Assembly (NCBI GenBank): GCA_036677065.1 | Contig: JAKFBS010000011.1 | Coordinates: 1 to 64,000 of the forward strand | DNA: 64,000 nt | Direction of reading: 5' to 3' | From: Bdellovibrio sp. | GTDB taxonomy: Bacteria; Bdellovibrionota; Bdellovibrionia; Bdellovibrionales; Bdellovibrionaceae | In this document: positions 48,317 through 58,400 of the stretch, one piece after another | Position numbering within the stretch: position 1 is the stretch's first letter | Layout of the letters: the number at the start of each line of letters is the position of its first letter | The notes under the pieces: generated by a model | Seen by the model: only the letters and a program-made list of their open reading frames with translations | What the model was told of the DNA's origin: nothing | The model's database searches: none | Made by a program: the position numbers and the translations under genes

Positions 48317-49042
48317 TTATGTTTCGCTGAAATTCAACACAAGAACAGTGACGTTGTCATCACCGCCGTGAGCTAATGCCTGCTGAATAAACACCGGAGT
48401 AGTTTTATCCGGAGTATTATCATTAAAAATCTGGCACATCTCCTGATCCGTGATCATTCCTGTTAAACCATCCGAACACATTAGAAAAATATCACCAGGT
48501 GAAACTTCGCGTTCAATAATATCTGGATACACATCACGTTCAAAACCCACACTGCGGGTAATAACATTTTTTCCAATTGTAGCTTTGGCTTTTTCTTCAG
48601 ATAAAAATCCAAGCCGAATTTGTTCATTAATTAAAGAATGATCTTCGGTTAATTGCCACACGTAAGGTTTACGGTACAAATAACAACGGCTATCACCAAC
48701 GTTAGCGATGTATAATCGTGAATCACGAAAATAACCCATCACCATCGTTGTGCCCATACCATTTAATTTTGATTCTTGAGCGGCACGATCGAAAATGCGA
48801 TGTGAAGCTTCTTGGTATGCCTGCATTAATACTTCTCGCGGAGAAAATTGTAACGCTTTCGGATGTCCCAAAACTTCCCGAACAGTCTCAACTGCTAGGG
48901 CAGAAGCGACCTCGCCACCCATGTGACCACCCACGCCATCTGCGACTACAAAAACACCAATTCGTTCGTCAATCAGAAATGAATCCTGATTGCCGGAGCG
49001 TTTAAGCCCTTTATCTGTTAAGCACCAACATTGAAATCTCAT
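48317..49042 (-). CDS. PP2C-type Ser/Thr protein phosphatase (Stp1/IreP family)
   Basis: NQD, VADGVGG, MGTT, NVGDSR, CSDGL, GGDDNVT. Confidence 0.93.
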   Translation of the reverse strand: MRFQCWCLTDKGLKRSGNQDSFLIDERIGVFVVADGVGGHMGGEVASALAVETVREVLGHPKALQFSPREVLMQAYQEASHRIFDRAAQESKLNGMGTTMVMGYFRDSRLYIANVGDSRCYLYRKPYVWQLTEDHSLINEQIRLGFLSEEKAKATIGKNVITRSVGFERDVYPDIIEREVSPGDIFLMCSDGLTGMITDQEMCQIFNDNTPDKTTPVFIQQALAHGGDDNVTVLVLNFSET

Positions 49043-49263
49043 TCCTATACAGTGTCGTTGCGATTACCATCCGAGTCAAAGGGCACAAATTAAACCATTA
49101 CTTATGGCTTACCTAGACGCTGGTCTAGTTCTTAAAAAATACGACCAAAGGTCATCACCGAAACCTCAATTTCAAACGTCATACAACCGATAGTCTAGTA
49201 AGAGATTTGCTTAACTATCTAGTGTAACAAAAAACAAACACTAGCTACCAAACAAAGGTCGAT

Positions 49264-50148
49264 ATGAAACGTACAAGTCGCCTTAAAATTTTTATTACTC
49301 TATCTATTGCCATACATATGGGATTAGCAGCGGTAGTTTTTGTTTTACCAAAAATTCAACAACACTATGCACCTATCGAAGTTGTGCTTGTTGAGCCCGA
49401 AGAAATTATCGAAGACGCTGCCAAAGACGAAAAAAATCCAACTCGTATTGTTGAGACTGACGAAAAATCAGCTAACGAACAAGTTAATGAAAACGCAAAA
49501 TATTTAAGTGCAAAAAATAATTCAGTTGAAAAAGAAACGATTGCTAAGCTTGGTGAAACTTTTAAAAACGCACAAGCTATTGCAAAAAAATCTGTAAAAG
49601 CTGTTAAAAAATCTTCGCCGACTTTATTCGGTGAAAAATTTAATGCTTACGATGCGATGGCAAAAAAAGCGGCGAACGGTAAATCAGATATCAACGGCAA
49701 ACAACAAAACCAATCGCAAACTGCCCAAAACGGAAACGATCGCGGTGTTGAAGCCACAGCAACAGATCAACTAGCACAAGTTGAACAGACTTTAAAAACT
49801 CAACTGAACACGCGCGAATACAAATATTACGGCTATTACCAACGCATTAAAAATCAGCTAAATCAATTTTGGCAGCCAGAAGTTAAGCAAAAAGTATCAC
49901 GTCTTATGACACAAGGTAGAACAATTGCCTCTGATTCGAACAATAAAGTCACTAAATTGATCATTGTTCTTAACGACGCCGGCACGTTAGTGAAAGTACA
50001 GGTCATTGGTGAATCTGGAGTTCGCGATCTCGATGAGGCCGCTGTAGATGCCTTTAGACAGGCTGCTCCCTTCCCAAATCCCCCGAAAGGGATGGTTGAA
50101 AATGACGGCACCATTAAGATCCGCTGGGACTTCGTGGTGGAGTCCTAG
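49264..50148 (+). CDS. TonB family energy transducer
   Basis: N-terminal TM SIAIH motif; C-terminal SGVRDLDEAAVDAFRQAAPFPNPP. Confidence 0.85.
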   Translation: MKRTSRLKIFITLSIAIHMGLAAVVFVLPKIQQHYAPIEVVLVEPEEIIEDAAKDEKNPTRIVETDEKSANEQVNENAKYLSAKNNSVEKETIAKLGETFKNAQAIAKKSVKAVKKSSPTLFGEKFNAYDAMAKKAANGKSDINGKQQNQSQTAQNGNDRGVEATATDQLAQVEQTLKTQLNTREYKYYGYYQRIKNQLNQFWQPEVKQKVSRLMTQGRTIASDSNNKVTKLIIVLNDAGTLVKVQVIGESGVRDLDEAAVDAFRQAAPFPNPPKGMVENDGTIKIRWDFVVES

Positions 50149-50289
50149 AAGCCGGCCAAAAAACCAAAGCCAAATCTAAAAAATCTGCAGCCGCAGATGA
50201 AATAAAGTCTTTACTCTAAATACATAAAGTTTTATCTCTATAGCGTTGAATTTTTAGCGACTGTTTTAAGTTATAAAAAGGGACCACTT

Positions 50290-53100
50290 ATGTCTGGAAA
50301 AGAAATCACACTCAAGGATCTTAAAGATCTGAACAAAGATACATTAGACTCGATCGCAAAACGCGCGCATTACTTAGCGACGCAAATGATCTTTCAAGCC
50401 AACATCCGCGAAAAAGATAAAGGCGATCCAAAAATCGGCGGCCATCAATCGGCATCAGCTTCTGCCTTACACATCATGGGCGCATTACACTTAATCGTAA
50501 AATCAGGTTTTGATCATATCGCGAATAAGCCACATGCATCCCCTACTGATCACTCATATAATTATTTATTAGATTTATTTTTAAAATCTGATTTATCAAA
50601 ATTATCTGAAGAAGATAAAAACATCGCGATGATGGGCTTACGTAAGTATTCTAAAAACGGCGAACCGGTTTTTCAATCTTACCACTCAACTTACGATTCT
50701 GATCACCACAACTTCTTCCCGTCTGGCACCGTGGGCATTCCACCAGTTCAAGCCGGTTACTTAGCCTTAGCGTACCGTTTTGCTAAAGAGCATAACTACG
50801 ATATTCCAGATGCTCACTTCTGGGCTCTATCAGGAGATTCTGAATTCCGCGAAGGTTCAATGTATGAAGCTGTTCCAGATTTTGCTGAACGTGAAATCGG
50901 AAACCTAACTTGGATGGTCGACTACAACCGTCAATCGTTAGATGGTCACCGTATCGTGAATCAAAAAATCATGGAAGGCACTGATGCCGATCGTATTGAA
51001 AAATCGATGGCAGCCAATGGTTGGGAAGTGATTCAAGTACGTCACGGTTCTAAACGATTAGCCTTATTTAAAAAACCAGGCGGCGATGCTTTCAAAAAAT
51101 TATTAGAACACGAATTAGTCGATTACGATCTACAAGCGTTCTTATTAATTCAAGATCCAAAAGCTTTAAAAGCGGGAATGGCCAAAGACAATCCACAAAT
51201 TAAAAAATTCTTAGACGGCGTGTCTGGCGAAGAATTATACGAAGGCTTACGCGATTTCGGTGGTCACGACATGATTCAACTTGCTGAAGCGATGTTGAAA
51301 TCAAAAGAATCAAAACGTAAACCAACAATCATCATCGTTCATACGTTAAAAGGCTGGGGCTTAAAAATGGCCGCTCAACCTGGTAACCACTCGGCTTTAA
51401 ATAACCAAGAAGAGATGGACGAACTAAAAGCTAAACAAGGTATCAAAGGCGAAACTCTATTCGCAGGCTTTGATCCTAAAACTGCTGAAGGTAAATTTTT
51501 ACAAGCCCGTGGCGAAAAATTATATTCTGAAATCAAAGCGCAAAATGCTTTGAAAGATAAAAATAAAAATTTCTTCGCTAAAGAATTTGAAAAAATCGGT
51601 GGCTTTCCTGAAAAGTTAGACATCAACACAAAAATGGCCAGCTACCCGCACACACAATGGATGCTTGGTCAGTTAACTGCAAAATTAACTCGTATCGCAA
51701 ATGCTGATGTGACTAAATTAAATGATTTCGAAAAACGCTGGAAGACAGCGGGCGAATTATTTATGACCATGGCGCCAGACGTAGGAACTTCAACGAATTT
51801 AAATCCAGCAATGGATGGTAAAATCTTCGGAGCACCAACTGTTACTGACGTTGAAGCTGAATACGGCGTTAAAGACACGAAACTTCCTGATCTTGTTCCG
51901 GGCGAAGAAGAATCAGATCGTTTCTTACGTTTTGAAATCGCTGAAGGTAACGTAATGTCATGCGTGGGTTCGTTCGGTCGTATCCGCGACACCTTAGGCG
52001 TTCCTGTTATGCCTTTAATGACGGTTTACGATTTCTTTATTAAACGTGCCCTAGATCAGTACTTCTACAATCTTTACTGGAAGTCTTCTTTCATCTGCGT
52101 AGGTACTCCATCAGGTGTGACGTTATCTCCAGAAGGTGCGCAGCATGGTTGGAAGTCTGACTTCCAAATCCCTGGTCAAATCACTTGGGAGCCGTTCTTC
52201 TGTTTAGAGCTTGATTGGATTTTATGTGAATCATTCAAACGTCACTTATTAAACGACAATGCAGGCCGTAACGGTACATTACTTCGTTTAGTAACTCGTG
52301 GTGCTGACCAAAAAGATTTAATGAAATACTTAAATAAACAATTACGTTTCAAAGCTAATCCAGAATCAAAATTAGCCCGCGCTGAATTTCCAGTTGCAGG
52401 TGGTGTAAACGAAGAAGAAGTAACAGCAAAATCTGAAACTGAAATTCACGCTGTCATGCGCGAAGAAGTTTTAAAAGGCGCTTACTACTTAATCGACTAC
52501 CGAGGTTATGCTGGTTATGAACCAGGTGATAACGTTGTAAATATTTTCTCGATGGGTTCAATGACTACTGAAGCAATCAAAGCTTCAGAAGATTTATTAA
52601 CTCGCGGAATTTACGCAAACGTGATCGTTGTAACTTCGCCTGATTTATTATGCGGTATTTTAGCTCATGAAAATGACTACAACTACTTACGTAACGAATT
52701 AGGAATCACGTCTGATTTATATTTAAACCGTCAAGGTGACGTTGGTTCTGCAGATCTAGTGATGGCTTCAGGCCGCCGTATTCCGATCGTGTCAGTACAC
52801 GATGGTGAAGCAGGTCTACTTGATAATTTAGGTTCAATCGTTGGCGTAAGACAAGAATCATGCGCAGTACGTAAACACTCTAAGTGTGGTCGTCCGGTCG
52901 AGATCTATCACTTCCACAGCATCGACACTGAAGCAGTTGTTGAAGCCTGCGGAAAAGTATTATCAGAAACAGCATTAGAAAAAGTAATCGTAAATAAAAC
53001 TACGATGGAAGAAACAGCGCAAGCGACAGCTTCTAACGGCGAACAACGTCCTCACTGGACAGAGTTATGGCCTTCTAAAACACAAAATCAAAAGCACTAG
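50290..53100 (+). CDS. aceE: Pyruvate dehydrogenase E1 component (homodimeric AceE type)
   Basis: IGGHQSAS, TPP motif GDSE...NRQSLDG, TLSPEGAQH; highly expressed codon style. Confidence 0.85.
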   Translation: MSGKEITLKDLKDLNKDTLDSIAKRAHYLATQMIFQANIREKDKGDPKIGGHQSASASALHIMGALHLIVKSGFDHIANKPHASPTDHSYNYLLDLFLKSDLSKLSEEDKNIAMMGLRKYSKNGEPVFQSYHSTYDSDHHNFFPSGTVGIPPVQAGYLALAYRFAKEHNYDIPDAHFWALSGDSEFREGSMYEAVPDFAEREIGNLTWMVDYNRQSLDGHRIVNQKIMEGTDADRIEKSMAANGWEVIQVRHGSKRLALFKKPGGDAFKKLLEHELVDYDLQAFLLIQDPKALKAGMAKDNPQIKKFLDGVSGEELYEGLRDFGGHDMIQLAEAMLKSKESKRKPTIIIVHTLKGWGLKMAAQPGNHSALNNQEEMDELKAKQGIKGETLFAGFDPKTAEGKFLQARGEKLYSEIKAQNALKDKNKNFFAKEFEKIGGFPEKLDINTKMASYPHTQWMLGQLTAKLTRIANADVTKLNDFEKRWKTAGELFMTMAPDVGTSTNLNPAMDGKIFGAPTVTDVEAEYGVKDTKLPDLVPGEEESDRFLRFEIAEGNVMSCVGSFGRIRDTLGVPVMPLMTVYDFFIKRALDQYFYNLYWKSSFICVGTPSGVTLSPEGAQHGWKSDFQIPGQITWEPFFCLELDWILCESFKRHLLNDNAGRNGTLLRLVTRGADQKDLMKYLNKQLRFKANPESKLARAEFPVAGGVNEEEVTAKSETEIHAVMREEVLKGAYYLIDYRGYAGYEPGDNVVNIFSMGSMTTEAIKASEDLLTRGIYANVIVVTSPDLLCGILAHENDYNYLRNELGITSDLYLNRQGDVGSADLVMASGRRIPIVSVHDGEAGLLDNLGSIVGVRQESCAVRKHSKCGRPVEIYHFHSIDTEAVVEACGKVLSETALEKVIVNKTTMEETAQATASNGEQRPHWTELWPSKTQNQKH

Positions 53101-53107
53101 GATATAA

Positions 53108-53857
53108 ATGTTTCCTGACAAAGGTGAATTGTTTAAAGCGGCAGATAAAAAATCAGATCATCTGGTTTTTTTCTGCCACTTTTTTAAAGGCCACAAAAAA
53201 GCCTTACGCCGCCATATCGATTTAGTAAACGATCTTGGTTTTGATGCTTACGCGTTTAATTTAAAAGATGATTTAAAAGATCATAAGTATGTGCCCTACT
53301 CTAAAAAATCAAAAAAGTTCGGCATGAAGCACGCTTTAGCTGAACAAATCGGTCAGCACTTAGAATTATTATCAGAATATAAAACTAAAATCCTTTTTGC
53401 TTTCTCGAATGTCGCAGGTTGTGCGATCGAAGCTCACACACTACGCCTTAAAGAAGGCAAGAATGATGTGATAGCGATGGTTTGTGATAGCGGACCAGGT
53501 GCGGGTAACTTTTTTCAATCTTCGTACATGTTACTAGAAGATCAAATCGGCGTTAAATCATTACCCCTAAAAATTATCGGCACACCGGCAGTTGCCTTTG
53601 GCTGGAGTCCGAAATTAAATTCTGATATTCGTCATGACTTAGATAGTTTTCCACAGGGATTTCCATTATTAAGTATTCGTGGCTGGCGCGATCGTTTGAT
53701 CACACCACAAGATATCGACAAAGTTTTTGATCATCATAAGAATTTAAATTGGAAAAAGCTTTCGTTACCTGAAGCAGGTCACTTAAATGGTCTTCGCGAT
53801 TTTCCGAGCGAATACAAACCTGCGGTCGAAGATTTTTTAAATCAGTTTATTCATTAG
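53108..53857 (+). CDS. Alpha/beta hydrolase fold protein
   Basis: AFSN nucleophile elbow, VCDSGP, GWRDRL (acid), AGHL (His). Confidence 0.7.
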   Translation: MFPDKGELFKAADKKSDHLVFFCHFFKGHKKALRRHIDLVNDLGFDAYAFNLKDDLKDHKYVPYSKKSKKFGMKHALAEQIGQHLELLSEYKTKILFAFSNVAGCAIEAHTLRLKEGKNDVIAMVCDSGPGAGNFFQSSYMLLEDQIGVKSLPLKIIGTPAVAFGWSPKLNSDIRHDLDSFPQGFPLLSIRGWRDRLITPQDIDKVFDHHKNLNWKKLSLPEAGHLNGLRDFPSEYKPAVEDFLNQFIH

Positions 53858-53874
53858 TTAAGTATCTTACTTCA

Positions 53875-54927
53875 TTAATTCGATGTATTTTGCATATAGA
53901 TCTTGTAATGCCCTGCAAGGCTTTGGCAGCCATCACTCTGATCTGTAATAGTGCGTTTTGTAATTAAATAATTTTTCTCAGTTAACCGAAAAGACACCAT
54001 ATAAGAGCATGTTGTGTCTGAACCTTGATTAACGGCATGAATTCCATTTTGATTAACCACAATTTGATTAGTACTGAAAACTTCATTCTTGCCATTAGTC
54101 ACCCACGCCTCTTCTGCCAGGTTTATTTTATCGCCAAAAATATCTTCAGTAGATTTGAGTGAATACAAAAAAGAACCTTTTACGCCCCCGTTATCTGTGA
54201 TGCCGTCGGGAAAATATCCAAAACCAGAAGTCAAACTTCCACCACTCATTGCTCCGGCAAACCTCATCCAATTGCCTAAAAGTTCTTTCAACTGGGGAAT
54301 ACGTGCCTTTGAAAAAGCTTCTTCTGCAGCCTCAAAACTAAAGTAAGCGCTATTGCCATTTAGTGGTGGATTTTTTTGAGCAGCAGCAGCTGTTTTATAT
54401 ATTCTATAATTCTTATCGCCACCCTTGCATGTAGAGCTCTGAGTAATCTGAGTTTTGGTAATTAACATATTGTCTTTTGTAATACGAAAAACTAACGTTT
54501 GTTCACAAAATTCATCTGTTTCAGGAGTAAGACGAGTCACTTCTGATTTATATGTCACTAAGCGTGTAGAGTCCCAGATATTATTGTATTTGCCCTCTGC
54601 GGTGCGAACCCTTTCGAACAATAGGGTACTGGTACCAAAAATATCTTTCGCGAACATAAAGAAATTCCAGATGTAGCCTTTGTTGCCCGCATTACTTGTT
54701 ACAATGCCATCTGGAAAATAACCAACTTCCCAACTTGGCGTCTGACTATCTGTGGCTCCACCAATCATCATCCAAGCACCAACAAGCTCTTGAGTTTTAG
54801 GAACATGAGCGTCAGCAAATATTTTTTGTGCTTTAGCAAAATCAAAGTTACCTGCTTCATTTGATTGAGCAACAGATGTTATAGATACGAGCATAGACAT
54901 TGCAAAAATCATTACGATTTTTATCAT
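53875..54927 (-). CDS. Secreted hypothetical protein built of two tandem homologous domains
   Basis: SD AGGAG, signal peptide from ATG 54927; FDFAKAQKIFADAHVP..ELVGAW..GYFPDGI is repeated as FSFEAAEEAFSKARIP..ELLGNW..GYFPDGI. Confidence 0.7.
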   Translation of the reverse strand: MIKIVMIFAMSMLVSITSVAQSNEAGNFDFAKAQKIFADAHVPKTQELVGAWMMIGGATDSQTPSWEVGYFPDGIVTSNAGNKGYIWNFFMFAKDIFGTSTLLFERVRTAEGKYNNIWDSTRLVTYKSEVTRLTPETDEFCEQTLVFRITKDNMLITKTQITQSSTCKGGDKNYRIYKTAAAAQKNPPLNGNSAYFSFEAAEEAFSKARIPQLKELLGNWMRFAGAMSGGSLTSGFGYFPDGITDNGGVKGSFLYSLKSTEDIFGDKINLAEEAWVTNGKNEVFSTNQIVVNQNGIHAVNQGSDTTCSYMVSFRLTEKNYLITKRTITDQSDGCQSLAGHYKIYMQNTSN

Positions 54928-55064
54928 GGGATTTATTCTCCTGAGTAAATGAAATTTTATTGAACATAGCTTATTCTGTTTAATTTGAGAACCGAAATTG
55001 GGGTTACCATGATTTTTTTGGCAATAGTTTGGCACGACGCTTAGATTCAGGCGAGGACGCTCAT

Positions 55065-55463
55065 CTAATTACCTTTTTTCTCCAACAAAATTCTCTCCAC
55101 ATCCTTCTCTGTCCAGAAGTGACCTTGAGAACTTGATAATCTAAAATGACTGCTATCTCCTACGGTGTAATCTAATTTGTTCCCATCACCATCAAGAAAG
55201 TTCTTATCCTCAAGCTTTCTATTTGGTTGATAGCAAGTATTTCCAACTTTCAATATATCGATTCCTTCTGATTGGCTTGGGAAACGATTACACCCTCTAA
55301 AGAAGTCCGCGAGTGCATATCGTAATGGCATTGCATTATTCTTTGTACGGCTCCAACTTGCTTCTGTTCGATATAAAATTTGATTGCCGATTAGGTATAC
55401 TAGTAAAATGACAAAAATTAGAGTCATGACAACTATTGATACTACACGTGCTTTATTTTTCAT
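55065..55463 (-). CDS. Membrane-anchored protein directly downstream of Rhs toxin (putative immunity; GspG-pseudopilin-like domain)
   Basis: Starts 1 bp after the Rhs stop; N-terminal TM; ALADF..NRFPSQSEGIDIL...DGDGNKLDY resembles the GspG pattern AL..Y....RYP..EQGL.AL...DPWG..Y.Y. Confidence 0.55.
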   Translation of the reverse strand: MKNKARVVSIVVMTLIFVILLVYLIGNQILYRTEASWSRTKNNAMPLRYALADFFRGCNRFPSQSEGIDILKVGNTCYQPNRKLEDKNFLDGDGNKLDYTVGDSSHFRLSSSQGHFWTEKDVERILLEKKGN

Positions 55464-58400
55464 TTATTTTCTTCCAACACATTTTAAAAACCTATCTCCA
55501 TAATCTTGAGAGAACTGATTTGCATCCAAAGTTATACGAGAATGGAAAGCATTTTTATTAAAAATTGCATCCCACACGCTTCTTACTGCGCCCACTTTAC
55601 CGGCTTTATAATGCAATCCTTCATGATAAACAGTATCTAAAAGATCCACCATTTGCTCATTATTTAATTTTCCTAAATACTTTGTATTTAGCAAGATCTG
55701 ATTTCTCAACACACTAGTTTCACCTACATCGTTGGGGTGTTCGAATGTACCAAATTTAACCGAATTCAACTCTGGAATGAAATTTTTAACAAACTCGATT
55801 GCATTATCAATATCTTCCTGTGTTAATCCGGTCGGATCTACATAACTTATAGGATCTCCTCCTACATAACTATATAAATTCGTATCGCCACCGCTAAATC
55901 CAATCGGATCTTTACTAATCCAGCGCCCGATCTCTGGATCATACCAACGCGCTCCAAAATGAACTAAATTCGTATGATGATCATACAATCCACCTGCGAA
56001 ACCAAATGGTTGAAAACCTGGATTCGTATTTTTTAAAATTCTTCCGAATTCATCATGCAACATTTCTTGCATAATTGTGCCGTCGCTAATTCTAACAACC
56101 AATCTTACGCTTCCCAGATGATCAGTAACAATACGATAAACCATGCCCTTCATAATCATGAAGTCTGGTGCATGAGATTTCGACGCATAACCAAATCGCT
56201 GTAATACGTTACCTTCAGCATCTAATACACCAGTCAGCCTTAGTGGGCCTTGATATATATAAGTGCTTTGCAATACTCCGTTTACAAAATTCTGCGCTCT
56301 TCTTCTAAGACCATCGTACTCATAACTAATTGCTGTCGAACCTAATTTAACTGCCGCAAGCTGACCTAACGAATTAAAAACATAAGATGTTTCTTGGTTA
56401 GTTATCGAATTTTTCTTCGAAACAAGATCACCTTTTAAGTTATATTTATAATTCTGTGTGTTGTATGCAGAAAGCCGGTCTTGCGAATCAAACACCGACT
56501 TAATCGATTGAGTACTTACATTTCCACCAACACGATTTCCATTAGCATCATAAACATACCTAGAAGCAATGGTTCCATTAGTTTGTGCTTCAATCAGTTT
56601 GCCACCCAAGTCGTACGCGTAGTCATACGTTACCTCGACGTTATTAATTGATTCGATTTTTTTAACTATTCTACCTAACTCATCACGAATTAATTTGTAT
56701 GAATATAAAGCTGGATCGACCAAAACAGCTTTATTGTGATATTTTAGAACATAAGAATTTAATTCTCCCAATTGATTGTACGAAAATTCGTCTCTAGCTG
56801 TGTTTTCACCTTCGAAGACTTTAGTTTCACTGATTTGTCCTGAGTCAGATGCATATAAAATATCTTCGTTACCTATGCGGCTGATTTTTCCTGCAGGCCC
56901 ATAATTATATTTGAAAATAATTCTAGGCGAGCCTTTAACGCCGTTTACAACTACATCTTCAACAAGTCGTCCTAACGAATTAGGAAATGCCATATATGCA
57001 CCGACAACAGCGTTCTCTTTTTCTAAAACATCCTGATTTAAAAACCCACCTTCAAGCGGGTATAAATACGACGCTAAAGTAGTTGGAGTTTTAATTCCAT
57101 CATAAATTCCAAACTTAGAATTAAATCTGTAGTTGTAAGTGCCTTCTGGAGTTACAATACTTTCAAGTGTGCCGTTGGCTTGGTGATAATTGAAAATATT
57201 CATACTGCCATCCGGGAATGTAATTGCAGTTAGTTGTTTATCAACATTGTACGAGTAGTTTGTCGGAGTTGATTCTTCACCTTCCAACATGGGTGGAGAA
57301 TAACTTATTGGTAATTCTAATGCGTTGAAACTAAAGTTATGTTTTTGCTTGTTTGCTGGAGTGATAGCAATCAATTTGTCATTTTCATCGTAATTATAGA
57401 TAACTTTTCTGCCATCGGGATATTGAATAGAATCTAATTTTCCAGTTTTAGTATAAGTATAATCAGTTGATTGGCCTAGAACATCTCTTGTTGAAGTTAA
57501 CAAATTTGTTAATGGATCATAAATATTCTCAATAATACGATTGCCCTGAGATATACGAACCAGTTTGTCTTGCTTATACAAAAACGTTGTCGGCACATAG
57601 CTTCCCCATTGAAAAGCTACAACTCTTTCAAATTCATCAATTTGTGATTTAAAATTAATGCCATCTGCAGTTTGTGTGGTGAATATTCTTTTTTCGCCAT
57701 TGTAACTTGTTACAGTATTCTCTCCAAACGCATCAGTTAGTTTAGAAGAATAATTCTTGATCGAAAAAGGATTGGTAGGATCATTTAATTCAAAATTTTC
57801 TAATGTTTTTGCCTTTGTATTTAAAGTTGTTCCAGAAGCTACGTTGCGTGTGACAGTGCGGGCGAAATCCTTAAATCTCAGATCTGGCGTATAGTAAGTA
57901 GAATAATCTATTCCGTTTTTTCTTTCAGACAATTCACTCTCAGCAGCCCACGACTGTACCACGGTTTGATACGGATTCAGAACACGCTTATAATAATAGA
58001 CCTCGTCTTTTCCATCAGCGTTTTTGTACGTTTGATTATCAGTTGTATAGTTTGTGATACGGCCCATTGGCGATTTAGAATTAATTTGTGTTGGTTTGCC
58101 AGGCGCAACATTCTTTTCTAAATTGATACTATATCCGCCTGAATGAGCATCGTAAATTAAATTACCTAGATTATCATATGAAAACGAACTGACTTGCCCT
58201 TGGGGCTTTCTGAATGTTTTTAATAAACCTAATTCGTTATGGTAAGTTACTGAGTACGTTTGACCCGCAGGATTTTTAATCGCAGAAATAAATTTAAAAT
58301 TATTCAGAGTTATTTGCGTTACTTGGCCACCAGGTGCAGTAATTGAAACTAAATCCCCTTCTGCGTTACGATTGAACAGAGTTCTTTTGCCGAATGCATC

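Noticed and set aside
49160..49195. Sigma-28 promoter upstream of tonB
   Set aside because: CCGATAG is present but the spacing to the candidate -35 elements is off; too weak to call.
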